A DNA stretch of 64,000 bases, taken from Octopus vulgaris. Lineage: Eukaryota. The position numbers and the translations under genes are program-made. The notes under the pieces are model-generated. The model worked only from the letters and a program-made list of their open reading frames with translations, had not been told where the DNA came from and did not search any database. Location of the stretch: assembly GCA_951406725.2 (NCBI GenBank), contig OX597824.1:70494001-70558000 (forward strand), read 5' to 3'. Below are positions 1 through 12,964 of the stretch, piece by piece; the first letter of the stretch is position 1, and each line of letters starts with the position of its first letter.

Positions 1-34
<34 letters not shown>

Positions 35-1064
35 GTGAGTAAGTGTTTATAGACATATCTATATACGTGTGTGTGAGTGTTTGTATATCTATATACATAT
101 ATAAGTTTAAATGCATATACATATATATATATGTGTGTGTGTGTGTATATATATGCAAGATATATCTATATATATATATGATTATGTGCATATATGCAAA
201 TATATGTATATGTGTTTGTGTGTGGGTATAAGTATATGTCTAAATATATATATATATATATAATTAAATAATTTAAGGAAAGACATATATATGCACAATA
301 TATGAAAATTGTATTTCAAAATCTATTATCTCTGTCTGAGATGAAAGATAAAAGACATTAAAAAAAGAAAAAAGGAAAAAAGAAAACCAGAAAAATATTC
401 CTACTAAAAATGGTAAACAAAAGTAGCAGACTTGATTCCTGCCAGAATGAGACAACGGTGATTCCAGTATCTTTTGCAGTAGATATATTTTGGTTAAAGT
501 AAATATAATAAATGGATTAACAGCAAGATATACATATCTGCATAGAGATATGTATGTATATATATATATATATATATGTGTAATGTATATGTATGCATAT
601 GTATATGTACGTGTATGTATATAAATGCGTGTGTATATATATATATATATATATACATATAAATGTGTGTGTGTCTATATGCATGTATGTGTATGTATTT
701 GTATATTTAGGTTTATGAGTCTAGCTATGTATATGTGTATGTGTGTGTGCATATCTGTATATCATTATAGATGTTTATACATATTTGTAAGTTTGTGTGA
801 ATGTATGCATGTGTGAGTGTATGGTCATACACTTTTATTGTTTATTTTAACTGTATATTTACATAAACATACACACACTCACAAACACACACATGTGTGT
901 TTATAGATGCACCTATACGTACATATACATATACACACATATATATATATATATATACATACATAGAAATGTACATATATAAAAATATATACCTATATAT
1001 ATGTGAGTGTGTGTGTATACATACATATATACTTATAAATATATATATATATATATATAATGAT

Positions 1065-1117
<53 letters not shown>

Positions 1118-1166
1118 CATACACACATATGTACTTATACCTGCATATATGTTCAGATGCACCTGT

Positions 1167-1215
<49 letters not shown>

Positions 1216-1684
1216 GAATGTATGTATGTATACATCATGAAGGGTCAATATTTTTGTATGCTTGCATTTTGAAAATATACAAGAATGTAAGTTTTGCATT
1301 GTTATTTATATAAGATATGTAAATGTTTGTTTGTTTGTTTGCATATTTTTGTTTGTTTGTATGTGCGTCTGTGTTTGTGTTTGTGTCTATGCATATGTGT
1401 TTGTATGTATTCCTGTGCGCGCGTGTGATTAGAAAGAAGCGTTAGAATTGATAATCTGATGTCTGAGTTTTTTTCCGATAATCTTCAATGAAAAGAGAAG
1501 CCAAAAATATTTCCGTTCTAATCCTCCTTGTTCTCAGTAAGACAAAGTGGCAACAATTCTAGAGATAATGGTTATGGACAATCAGGAAAGGCATTGGGAA
1601 AAATAACCATTTCTTGCAGTTTTATTTATCAAGTTTACAGGTGTGTGTGTACTTTGGTTGTGTTTGTATATCTGTGAGTGTGTG

Positions 1685-1716
<32 letters not shown>

Positions 1717-1738
1717 TGTGTGTGTGTATATATATATA

Positions 1739-1787
<49 letters not shown>

Positions 1788-2177
1788 CTGTGTATAGAGT
1801 GAGTGTATATGTGTGTATGTGTGCATATATGTGTGTATGTGTGTGTATTTATGGGTATGTATATATGCATGTGTGTAGTGCATACAGATGTGCTTGTGTG
1901 TGTGCATTTCTGTGTGAGTATGTGTATGTGGTGATGTACATATATGCTGTGGTGTCTGCAGCTGTGTGTGTATGTGTATATATGTTTATATGAGCCTGTG
2001 TGAGTGAGTGTATCTACATATGTGTGTAACTATGTGTGAGTATATGTATGTGTGTGTGTATATGTATGTGTGTGTGAATGTGTGTGTGCGCGCGCGCACA
2101 GTGAGGTTGTTTATGCTAGTGCTTTTGGTTTTGTCTAATGTGTCTTTGTAAATAGAATAGAGTGTATGTGTGAGTGA

Positions 2178-2238
<61 letters not shown>
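1..2238. repeat. compound (TA)n/(TG)n/(CA)n microsatellite-rich region
   Basis: Long pure and interrupted TA, TG and TATG tracts; the YI/CV/HT ORFs here are artefacts. Confidence 0.95.
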
Positions 2239-2239
<1 letters not shown>

Positions 2240-2241
<2 letters not shown>

Positions 2242-3480
2242 AAGAGCGCTCGCAAGGGTTTTCATATCCGCAAGTTTGTTTGTAAAGTGATTTTGCATGA
2301 CCAGAAATAAGTCTCGTACGTACAGCGATGCGTCCTAAGGAGGACGATCAAATATGAGTCAATAGCGCTTAGTGAAGGGATAGTGATACAGAGACGTAGA
2401 TGAGAGGGTGAGCTGATGAACCAGCCTAAAGAGGCGATTAGCATAGGCATCGCGAACGATGTGGTAGCGGCAAAGATGACTCCCAACCATTTCTTCAACG
2501 TGAAACACGAAGGTTTCGTAACCAGGGCTAGAGTTTTGGCATTAAAACAAGAGGTAATTAAACCGTGTGATAAGCGCGATCTGTCAACGAAGCCACGATT
2601 TAGTCTTTGGTAAACCAGGCCTGATTAGTGCTTCTCGGTCCCAAGCAAATTTGTGCAACATTCCAGAAATGCTTTGCTCGACTGTTGAGAGCAAGTAAAA
2701 AATTAGAGACGGACATGGACTTTAGTGTCTACTGCGATTCGCTGCAACGGCTCTCAGCTGAAAAAAACAAGGCACTGCGAAAGGTAAATAACAGCGATTG
2801 AGGTAAAGGTGCAAATCACTCGGTTTGGATGGTCTGCCTTATGAGTTTTATGGTTACGTGCCAGACCTGTTTGGCGACCTTTTGGGAAACGTTTATCGCA
2901 ACTGGCAGCAAAATGAGAGAATTCCCAGTTCAGTGAGCCGAGGTGTGTTAACGCTGCAGAGGGGCATATCTTTTGAACTAGAATGCAAGAGAAATGTGTC
3001 GTCGTATGCAGATGACATCATCATAGAGGTGTCAAATACCATGGATGCGCAAGTAGTCGATTCCAGGAGCAAAGATAGAAGACAAGTTGGAAAGGCAAGT
3101 CTATGCCATCGATCGCTCTAGTCGGTCGCTGGCCAAACGGAGTAGCTAAATGGCTCAAAGGTTGCCTTGGTCCAGACCTCCAGGTGGACAGGCTGCGAGC
3201 AGGGTGGTCAGCCTCACTCATAAATGAGCTGAGAGGGAGCTATCCCCGAAAAGTCAAGCAGATGTGGCGAATGCCTACATCACCTCCATAATAATTTACC
3301 GCCTGACCATTGTGTCTTGTCTCAGATTTTGTTTAACCAGACTGGAGCACCTATTTTTCTGCTTCATGAGGAAAGGATGTGTTCCACTAGTCAGGCGGTC
3401 ACACCTGTTATCAGCGCCCTCTGGAAGGCAGGCTTGGCATTCCGTGGCTGCTGATGCACAGACGCGCTAAGATTACACCA
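2240..3480 (+). mobile_element. degenerate, internally deleted L1/Tx1-like LINE ORF2 (reverse transcriptase) fragment
   Basis: ORF 2825-3121 carries GLDGLPYEFY (SPGxDG region) and SYADDI (YADD); downstream frames resemble L1 post-RT sequence; multiple frameshifts. Confidence 0.8.
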
Positions 3481-3531
3481 CCTGTTTATTCAACTTCAAT
3501 GAAATATTCCCCAAAATTGACACCTAATAAC

Positions 3532-3762
3532 TATTTCTTTACTACCCTCAAGGGGCTAAACACAGAGAGGACAAACAAGGGCAGACAAACGGATTAAGTC
3601 GATTATATCGACCCCAGTGCGTAACTGGTACTTATTTAATCGACCCCGAAAGGATGAAAGGCAAAGTCGACCTCGACGGAATTTGAACTCATAACGTAAC
3701 GGCAGACGAAATACGGCTACGCATTTCGCCCGGCGTGCTAACGCTTCTGCCAGCTCGCTGCC
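3532..3762 (-). mobile_element. tRNA-derived SINE, family B (Meta-domain-like core GCCTTTCATCCTTTCGGGGTCGAT)
   Basis: A box TGGCAGAAGCG, B box GAGTTCAAATTC; near-identical copies at 8336, 9310 and 44403. Confidence 0.9.
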
Positions 3763-3969
3763 TTTTCTGCCAGTAACCTCAACATTTAAGTATCCAGCAT
3801 TGGCACACCACAATCAACAAGAATAGCATAGTGTATCAGGAACATGGGTGGATTACTCCATCACAACTACCAATACCACAACCGCCGCTGCTTTTACCGC
3901 ATCCACATCAGCCAGGGACAACATTAACAACACAACTAACATAACAACAACAGCAGCAGCAAAACAAAA

Positions 3970-4600
3970 TATGGCAAAACTGTCTCAACCAGTTTGGTTA
4001 TACCGACGGCGAATGATTTAAAAGGCCCACAATATTGTAAAACGAAACGGACGATGTAATTTTTATCAGAACTAGTAGGAGCTTTAAATAACAACGGATG
4101 TACTTTCAGTTGTAGATGCTTGGACAAGAAAACTGGTCATTTTTAAAACTTAACGCATAAAAAACCCCAAAAATACTTCAGAAGCATTTAAAATCATAAA
4201 ACTTTCACCTCCTGAGGCAAGCGTAGAATTGCCCCTGGAAAAGAGATTCGAACACCTTCTATCGCTTCTGTAAATGATAATGCGATAGAGGCTGGTGAAA
4301 GTAAAAGATTTTACTGCAGAAATAAACATATGGTGGTTGGTAGCCGCCATAAGAGACGAGAAAAAGGATTAAAGGAACATTCTATACATTAGAAGAATTT
4401 AACCGAGTGAACGGAAGGTCTGGTATTGGTATGGAGATGGCCAAAAGTACAGAATCTGAAAACAGAGAAAATATCCGACTTCCTCATACAGCCAAACTGA
4501 ACGTAACAGTTGGTTGTGATGGACGGTAGAAAACCGAGGCACCATGTATGCGGCATCACCGCACATCTACGAGCTTTCTCTGCACAAGAGTAACAGACCT
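3970..4600 (+). pseudogene. degenerate LINE ORF1 (gag-like) remnant with decayed CCHC zinc knuckle
   Basis: About 4507-4591 translates QLVVMDGRKPRHHVCGITAHLRAFSAQE, a decayed CX2CX4HX4C; lies upstream of a second RT remnant. Confidence 0.55.
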
Positions 4601-4636
4601 GCATTTACTCCGTCCTCCACAGCCTAAACAAAATCA

Positions 4637-4960
4637 ACAACAACATAGCTAAGGTTGTTGGTTGTTCCTTCTCGAGCCATGCCTGGCTCATAAGGGCCGG
4701 TTTTCCGGTTTCTTGGCGTATAGGTTCCCCACCTGGACGGGACGCCGGTCTGTCGCAGGTGAGCTGCAAGATGCAGGAAGAAAGAGTGAGAGAAAGTTGT
4801 GGCGAAAGAGTCAGCAGAAGTTTCGCCATTACCTTCTGTCGGAGCTGCGTGGAGCTTAGGTGTTTCACTCATAAACACACACATCACCTGGTCTGAGATT
4901 CGAACCCGCGATCCCTCGACCACGAGTCCGCTGCTCTAACCACTAGGCAATGTGCCTCCT
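4637..4960 (-). mobile_element. tRNA-derived SINE, family C
   Basis: Minus strand begins GGAGGCACATTGCCTAGTGGTTAGAGCAGCGG...GGTTCGAATCTC; homologous plus-strand copy at about 55840-56137. Confidence 0.85.
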
Positions 4961-5779
4961 CTAATAGCTATGGTCAATAAAAACAACTGAAATCGCAACA
5001 GTATCAAGAGCAGAATACACAACATCAGCAGCAACAAAAATCTAATTCGACAACAGAAGCAACAAGACCGTCAGGCATTGAAAAACAACAGTCAGACCCT
5101 GCTACCAAATATCATTGAAAAGAAAATATGCCAGCAATGCTTTCCCCACCCCCAACAGCAAAATACAAACACAACTACGCATAGTCCCACGCTCACTTCC
5201 TTACTCAGATACTACAGAACAATCGCCAACCCAACGTGAAAGCCAGTGTGGTCAAAGGGGCGCTAGATGTTCTCCATGATTACAACACCCTATACCATCA
5301 TCGCAATCTCAATAATAGCTCGAACGAAAATCACATACCCAACTACAGCCACAATTACCAAATAAGAGGAAAACAATCTCCATCAAAAAATCGACAAAGC
5401 GCATCAGACCAACACCACTACTCTGCCTACAACAACTTCACACCGTTTGGAAGATCTACACTGAAAGTGGTGATCAGCAATAAAAACATTCATATCAGTG
5501 GGGCGGGGAGGCTTTAGGAAGTTCGTTCCTGGAACCTCACAGTCTGAGTAAAAACAAAATTACTCACAAACTTACAGACAGCTAATAAAGAGTTACCCTT
5601 CTGCTGTTAGGCTTTTTTAAAAAGATCCCAACAAATACGTCTTAGAACGTCAGTTTTATATTTTCCTCCCAACCAACGAGGAGACAGCATCCTGCAGCCT
5701 TCAAAAAAGACCAGCATATATAAACTCTCCATTTTCTTTGTCCGGCATATATGGTTGTAATGAGAGCAGCCTGTATAAA

Positions 5780-6450
5780 TCTACTTGCACTGGAGCTACC
5801 GGTTCAATGATCTGAGGTCGCTACACATCGATGGGGTAGCCATGAGCAAGATCAGGAATCCGAGAACGCAAGCACTAACGCCCATTTTCGGTGTTATTCC
5901 GGAAATCCTGAGATCACTAGGTAAGGACTATCTTCTTGGACGCAGACGGGAAGTCAATTGCCCTGGACTAAACGGCAGCAAAGATAATACTTTCAGATGG
6001 TACTATGTTCCAACAGAAGCAGGGCGACCAGATTTCTTCAGACATCGAGAGGCCTTCCTCAGTTTTTCTACTATCGGGGGACTGCATTTTAGATGCACAA
6101 TGAGACGGTGTTGAGCTAGCCATAAAAGAATTGGTGAAAAAGCCTCGAAAACTTGCTCAGAAACTTCCAGCTGTCAGATAGTTACTGCCTTGATTTCCCT
6201 TATATACGCTACTGTGGTCATGAGAACAGCTACAGAAGACACCAGGTGCTGTGAAAAGCTGATAACAGTCACTGGAAAACTTGAAATGATGGGTGGTTGC
6301 ACAAGGAGAAAATAGCTCGGTTTAGATGGTTTGCATTTCGTGTTTTACGAATCCAAACTTGATATGTTTAGCGACCTCTTGGAAGAAAGCTACCCTAACA
6401 GGTAACTGAGCAGAGGGATTCCTAGTTCTGTGAACGGGGTGGAGTGAAGA
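5780..6450 (+). mobile_element. second, more decayed L1/Tx1-like ORF2 remnant
   Basis: About 6316-6440 translates LGLDGLHFVFYESKLDMFSDLLEESYPNR*LSRGIPSSVN, which aligns by eye with DGLPYEFYGYVPDLFGDLLGNVYRNWQQNERIPSSVS at 2828. Confidence 0.65.
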
Positions 6451-6736
6451 CAAAAGAAGTCCTGACAACTACATTACTTCATCTTCCTCTAGCCTTGCGA
6501 ACCAAAAATAATTATTTGATATGAGACAACTCCTGACGGAAAACGAAAGGTGGAAGAGTCACGTTCCAAAAGAGAGTAACATTTCGTATGAATAATTTAC
6601 CTCAAAAAGTGTAAATAGTTGCATGACTAACTACTCCTTTTTACATACCAAGTGAACATCAATATTCCCTTAAAAGACAAATTGGTAGTAATTCTGACCG
6701 GTGTGTTACAGAATGCATGCATCATCCGCAAGAACA

Positions 6737-7049
6737 CAGGACTTATTATTTATAAGCCCAGTACTTATTCTATCGGTCTCTTTTGCCGAACCGCTAAGTG
6801 ACGGGGACGTAAACACACCAGCATCGGTTGTCAAGCAATGCTAGGGGGACAAACACAGACACACACACACATATATACATATATACGACAGGCTTCTTTC
6901 AGTTTCCGTCTACTAAATCCATTCACAAGGCATTGGTCGGCCCGGGGCTATAGCAGAAGACACTTGCCCAAGATGCCACGCAGTGGGTCTGAACCCGGAA
7001 CCATGTGGCTGGTTAGCAAGCTACTTACCACACAGCCACTCCTGCGCCT
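6737..7049 (-). mobile_element. tRNA-derived SINE, family A, 3'-truncated, flanked by a 114-bp direct duplication
   Basis: Head GGCGCAGGAGTGGCTGTGTGG...GGTTCAGACCC; duplication at 6623-6736 and 7052-7165. Confidence 0.9.
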
Positions 7050-7379
7050 ATATGACTAACTACTCCTTTTTACATACCAAGTGAACATTAATATTCCCTT
7101 AAAAGACAAATTGGTAGTAATTCTGACCGGTGTGTTACAGAATGCATGCATCATCCGCAAGAACAGAACATATAGAAATATAGCCAGATTAAGACCCACA
7201 GAAGCACTAAGCGCTTAAAAGAGTTTGGTGATCCCCGCCCCACATATATGTGATTCATAATATAAACAATAATAAGCCATAAAATAAATTTTCGTTCTTC
7301 AAAATGAAACAAAACTAACAATAAAATTGAAAATAACGTTTATTTATTTATTTTTTTCTATTTCCACATAATTTGTATC

Positions 7380-7525
7380 TAGAAAGTTTTCTCCTACATT
7401 TTTTTAATTGCCAAGTCTTTGAGCAGATCCTCGAAATTAATCTTACGTAACATTGCCGCTATACTAAGTAGATAAAGCATCGCGAAGTTTAATACAAATT
7501 CTTTTGTGCGTAAACCAGACTTTGG
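7380..7525 (-). mobile_element. hAT transposase C-terminal dimerisation-domain remnant
   Basis: LRTKEFVLNFAMLYLLSIAAMLRKINFEDLLKDLAIKK resembles the hAT dimerisation motif LRS.M...RL..LA.LSIE..L...I.F.D.I.DFA.KK. Confidence 0.6.
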
Positions 7526-7647
7526 AAAAAAAAAAACTTTGGTCGTCTTGTTGTAGTCGAGGGCTCTTCGTTGACGACTGACACCACTGGGAGGTGGTCC
7601 TTGAACTCGCTGGAAATGGAGATCTCCAGGTCCCAATTCTTGAACGG

Positions 7648-7938
7648 CAGCTGCTGCTGCTGCTGCTGATGATGATGATGATGGTGGTGGTGGTGATGAT
7701 GATGATGGCAACGATGATGATAATGATGACCACCACGATGAGATGATGATGACACTGAGGAGGTAGAGAATGATGACAATGATAGCAACGACGATGACTG
7801 CGATGATGAGGAAAGTGGCAATGATGAAGACGCTGACAATAATGAGGAGGAGGAAGTGGAGAAGATCATGATGATGATGATGATGTCGACGACGATGGTA
7901 ATGATGATGACGGCGGCGACGATGATGGTAATGATAAG
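7648..7938. repeat. degenerate trinucleotide (CTG/GAT/GGT/GAC) repeat tract
   Basis: Mixed GAT/GAC/GAG triplets produce the poly-His/Gln/Ser ORFs. Confidence 0.85.
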
Positions 7939-8335
7939 GTTTTGCCTCAGGTCAGCTTTGATGAAGTAAACCTATGCTCAAAGCGTTCCAGCCATAACCA
8001 CCCAATCTTATATTCAAGACAATATTACCCAACTTCTCCCCTTTTAAAGACGGCAGGTAGTGTACTTTGAGTCGAATCTGAGTGTTATTTCTTGCAGGTC
8101 TAATAACCATGTAACAGCGCGTGAAATTTTGACTGCTTTAAATTTATATTGACCAGTGGTCAGTTTGATGTTCTGGATATCATATTCTGCTTGACTAGTA
8201 CGTTAAATATTATGTGTGGATTTTTTTTTTTAACTGCAGCGAAGTCTTGGCTTGATTACTGATTCTAACCTAGTGATCAACTAACTCTGTGATGTATGAC
8301 TAAGTTGACCTGGGCAGGAATTGAATTCAGAATAG

Positions 8336-8567
8336 GGCGGCGAGCTGGCAGAATCGTTAGCACGCCGGGCGAAATGCGTAGCCGTATTTCGTCTGCCGTT
8401 ACATTCTGAGTTCAAATTCCGCCGAGGTTGACTTTGCCTTTCATCCTTTCGGGGTCGATAAATTAAGTACCAGTTACGCACTGGGGGTCGATGTAATCGA
8501 CTTAATCCGTTTGTCTGTCCTTGTTTGTCCCGTCTATGTTTAGCCCCTTGTGGGTAGTAAAGAAATA
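8336..8567 (+). mobile_element. full-length SINE family B with 18-bp target-site duplication
   Basis: TSD AGGAATTGAATTCAGAAT at 8316-8333 and 8568-8585; A and B boxes. Confidence 0.92.
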
Positions 8568-8613
8568 AGGAATTGAATTCAGAATGAAAAGAGTAGGAAT
8601 AAATAAAGCAAAG

Positions 8614-8957
8614 GGTAAAGACCTCCTTCGGTCATGAATAACCATGAGATTGCATCTAGAAAGTTCCCCTTCGAGGCACAAGTCCGAGCAAGGTTACTTA
8701 TGGAAGACCAGCAGTTGCCCGTGCATACTGGCCTCCTCTCTCCACGTCACCGATGTTGTCCATGGGAAAAGCAGAAACCGTTACAGCTTGGCACCAGTGA
8801 TGACGCAACTCATTTCAACAGATGAGTGAACTGAAGCAACGTGAAAAATAAAGTGTCTTGCTCAAGAACACCAACACACAGCCCGGTTCAGGAATCGAAC
8901 TCACTACCTCATGATTGTGAGCTAGACGCTCTAACTACTGAGCCTTGCGCCTTCACA
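8614..8957 (-). mobile_element. tRNA-derived SINE (family C-related; TTCTTGAGCAAGACACTT core)
   Basis: Head GAAGGCGCAAGGCTCAGTAGTTAGAGCG...GAGTTCGATTCC; homologous copy at about 58270-58610. Confidence 0.85.
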
Positions 8958-9309
8958 GGAATACATAACAAAAAGTATTTCGTGTGATGCTCAAACGCTT
9001 CAGTCAATTCATTGCCGTTGAGTTTAAGCAACAACAGTAACAGCAGCAGCCGTAGCAGTAGCAAGATGTTTTTGTCTTCTTAACCTACGAAAGAAAGAAG
9101 GCAGAGAGGTGGTAGAGTATTAGCACGCCGGACAAAAATGCTTAGCGGCATTTCTTCAGATTTTATATACTGACCTCAAAGTCCGCTGAGGTTCACCTTG
9201 CCTTTTGGATTCAATGAAATAAGTTACAGTTGAGTACTGGCGTCGTGGCAATCGTCTAACACCCTCTCTCAAAATTTCTAGCCCTGTGCCTATAGTAGAA
9301 AGCAATAAA

Positions 9310-10091
9310 GGCGGCGAGCTGGCAGAAACGTTAGCGCGCCGGGCGAAATGCTTAGCGGTGTTTCGTCTGTCGTTACATTCTGAGTTCAAATTCCGCCGAG
9401 GTCGACTTTGCCTTTCATCCTTTCGGGGTCGATAAATTAAGTACCAGTTACGCACTGGGGTCGATGTAATCGACTTAATACCTATGTCTGTCCTTGTTTG
9501 TCCCCTCCGTGTTTAGCCCCTTGTGGGTAATAAAGAAATAGGTATTTCGTCTGTCGTTACATTCTGAGTTCAAATTCCGCTGAGGTCGACTTTGCCTTTC
9601 ATCCTTTCGGGGTCGATAAATTAAGTACCAGTTACGCACTGGGGTCGATGTAATCGACTTAATACCTATGTCTGTCCTTGTTTGTCCTCCCTGTGTTTGG
9701 CCCCTTGTGGGCAATAATAAATAGGTATTTCGTCTGTCGTTACATTCTGAGTTCAAATTCCGCTGAGGTCGACTTTTTCTTTCATCCTTTCGGGGTCGAT
9801 TAAATAAGTACCAGTTACGCACTGGGGTCGATGTAATCGACTTAATACCTATGTCTGTCCTTGTTTGTCCCCTCTGTGTTTAGCCCCTTGTGGGTAGTAA
9901 AGAAATAGGTATTTCGTCTGTCGTTACATTCTGAGTTCAAACTCCGCAGAGGTCGACTTTGCCGTTCATCCTTTCGGGGTCGATAAATAAAGTACCAATT
10001 TCGCACTGGAGTCGATGTAATCGACTTAATCCCTTTGTCTGTCTTTGTTTGTCTCCTCTATGTTTAGCCCCTTGAGGGCAGTAAAGAAATA
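9310..10091 (+). mobile_element. SINE family B tandem tetramer (one head plus four ~184-bp bodies) with a single 19-bp TSD
   Basis: Units 9357-9540, 9541-9723, 9724-9907, 9908-10091; TATAGTAGAAAGCAATAAA at 9291-9309 and 10092-10110. Confidence 0.92.
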
Positions 10092-11114
10092 TATAGTAGA
10101 AAGCAATAAATAAATAAAACATTATGAAAGAAGAACGAGTGATACAAACTCCATAGACTGGGAAAATTGTTGGTTCTGTTGCTTTTTAAGCATTTATCAG
10201 TCTTGATACAAAACCATTTCCAACGGTGACCATCCTGTCGTCTTTGTATGTGTTGAACTGACTACATTATTCAATGTATCCTTCCTGTTTTTGAAGATGT
10301 TAAAATGTGGTTTGAGAGAATTTAGCTTCTATTTCTAGAACCGCGATCCTATGACCGCGAGTCCACTGCCTTAACTACTGGGGCCATTGCGCCTCCATAT
10401 GCATACATACATACATACATACATACATACGTATGTATGTATGTATGTATGCATGTATGTATGTATGTATGTATGTATGTATGTATGTATATGCATAAAT
10501 AAAAATATTAATTTACACATGGTAAAAAAGAAGTTTAAAAATTCTACTAATTTCGACAGTGAGTATTGCAGTTGTTTGATCAGCTTAGCTACCTACTCAT
10601 TGAATTATCACGTGAGTGACTACGTATTCCATAAACATGTATACCTTTAACGTAATCCTCAAGAAGGATGGGTATAATAAGGTGTTTGAGATGGCTAGAT
10701 TTTAATATTGGTTTTAAATTTTGGCACAAAGCCAGCAAATTCAGGGATGAGTTAAGTCGATTACATCGACTTCAGTACTCAACTCGTACTTTATCTTATC
10801 GATCCCGAAAGGATGAAAGGAAAAAAAGTCAACCTCAGCGGAATTTGAACTCAGAACGTAAAAATGTACGAAATACATCAAAGCATTTTGCCTGGCGTGC
10901 TAACGATTCTGCCAATTCGCCGATTTAAGGCTAGTTTTTTTTTTTTTATATTGGTTTCAAATTTTGGCACATGGCCAGCAATTTCGGAGAAGGGGTAAGT
11001 CGATTAAATTGACCCCTGTGTTCAACTGGTATTTATCGACCTTGTCGGAAGAATTGCTGCTGAGCACTTTTCAAGCACAGTAAAGATTCTGCCAGCTCGC
11101 CAACTTTATATATA

Positions 11115-12146
11115 AAGGGTGTCTCTGTATCAACTATCTTATTTTAATGACAGAACTTTATGTTTAATACTTAATTATGACGCCAAAATAAATGGATTTA
11201 CAAATCTTATGTCAAAACTTTATTGAAAATTTTCAACAAGTGTCCCGTTTGTACCCCTGCAAATTTCAGATCTATCCTTAGCGTTGCGCAACACATTTTG
11301 AAGCCTTTCAGGAATTATCCCCTGCACTGCTAACTGAATGCTTTCTTTAAGTTCTATCGCCCCATCCTGGAGACAGAGGCAGAGAAAAATGATTGCAACC
11401 AAATTGGAAAAAAGCTGTCGTAGACAGATAAATGGGATCCAACAAGAATGGAAATAAGATCATAAAACAAAATATAAAACCTTTAAAAAATTATAAACAA
11501 AATTTTAAATTCATACACTTTTAACACATATTAGATATGATAAACATCTATATTAATAAACGCGAAATTCTGTCTGTCCGGGACCTCCTCTATCTCAGTC
11601 TGCATTTGCTCTACATAGACATATGATCCCGGGATTGAAAATCTGCCCTTAATTTGGTTCTTGGACATCCAGCATTGGGATCTGATTTAAAAGCATTTGG
11701 GGCAGGTAAAGCTTTGCTAATTCACGCCATCTTGGTTGGCGTTTGTCAGATGACGTCAGTGATTAAGTCGGGGCGGGGTGGAGGAGTAAATGACATTCGC
11801 TTCGTTAATTTTACGGTCGAGATTAGAACTTTGGGATAAATTGGCCAAACAGTTGGAATTCAACTTGGAACTGGAACAATAGCATGATTGCATTACGGAA
11901 TTAATTCCCATCCATCCTTAACCTCTGATCAAACAGCACCGGGGTATATAGTCATTACAGACACATTATAGCCATGCTATTTAGCGCTCCCTAGTTTGGA
12001 GCCGCAGGCCCAATTAGCTCCCCGCAGAAGCCAGCTTAAAAGTCTGCGCGGAGTGTAGTTTTTCAGCTAGTAATAAATAAAAGTGAGTTTTTTTTTTTAA
12101 ATGGTACGATTTCACTGAAATAGATTGTTAATTTTGGGACACCCTG
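11115..12146 (-). mobile_element. Tc1-like deleted DNA transposon, interrupted by a Helitron-like insert
   Basis: Ends TA|AAGGGTGTCTC and GGGACACCCTG|TA; ORF 11220-11402 (ELKESIQLAVQGIIPERLQNVLRNAKDRSEICRGTNG) resembles a Tc1 transposase C-terminus. Confidence 0.7.
11547..12070 (+). mobile_element. non-autonomous Helitron-like element
   Basis: A|TCTATATTAATAAA start, CTGTCTGTC repeat, subterminal GC hairpin (CCGCAGA..TCTGCG), CTAG|T end, no TSD. Confidence 0.75.
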
Positions 12147-12150
12147 TATG

Positions 12151-12210
<60 letters not shown>

Positions 12211-12964
12211 CAAACATACTTACGCATATATAAATATTTACCTATGTATACATACGCTCGCAGATAGAACTATTCACTCACACAAACACACATTGGCCAT
12301 CTGCTGTCTTTATGGAAAATTATAAATAAAAGAAAAAAAGAGAAAGAAAAGCCAAAAATAACGAGATCCAAACAAATAAAAGATATATAAAGAAACTCTT
12401 TACCCGACAAACTCCCACCTCAACCCCAATTAAAATAAAAGACAAAAACGAAACAATGAAATCCATTATAAAATTGAGAATAAAGAAATGTCAGATCAGA
12501 TGATTCTATGTTCTGGGTTGGGGTTAAGAAGAGGAGTTAGTCTTGTGTTCTACATTAGTATATATATCAGTACAGCATGTCAACTTGTTTAAGATTAATG
12601 AACCTATGGTAGCGCATCTTTTGTTGTCTTCTGATAATTCTAATAGACGTGAAAAATAAAAAAACGGTTGTGTTGTCTCGCCAGTTCTGTTGCCGTGTCG
12701 CCTACGCACGCTCACATACTTAGATAAAGAGGTACTTCAATAGATAGGCATAGTCTCTTCGTAGCCACGTGGTGCCTGGTTCGATCGTGTTGCGTTGGTA
12801 CATTGGGATATGTGGCGTCTTCCATCCCAGAACACGAAGACTGTGTGCTGCTGTTTGGATGCTGACGAACTGATACGGCTGACTAGACATTCAAACTGTT
12901 TTGGCGACAGTACGTTTTAGCACTGTATGCAACACACATACACACACGAGCGTGCAGAAATATA

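Noticed and set aside
43-2255. Numerous 60-140 aa ORFs rich in YI, CV and HT, here and throughout the window
   Set aside because: Translations of TA/TG/CA microsatellites, which lack stop codons by composition.
6838-7059. Recurrent ORF RGYSRRHLPK.P.SGTEPGTMWLVSKLLTTQPLLRL at many loci
   Set aside because: Antisense translation of the SINE family A head, not a gene family.
7464-7869. Poly-His/Gln/Ser ORF resembling a transcription-factor low-complexity region
   Set aside because: Arises from a trinucleotide repeat open in all three frames, runs into a hAT remnant, and has no recognisable domain or splice context.
9310-10091. Regular repeats resembling a CRISPR array
   Set aside because: Whole units repeat with no unique spacers; eukaryotic SINE sequence; no cas genes.
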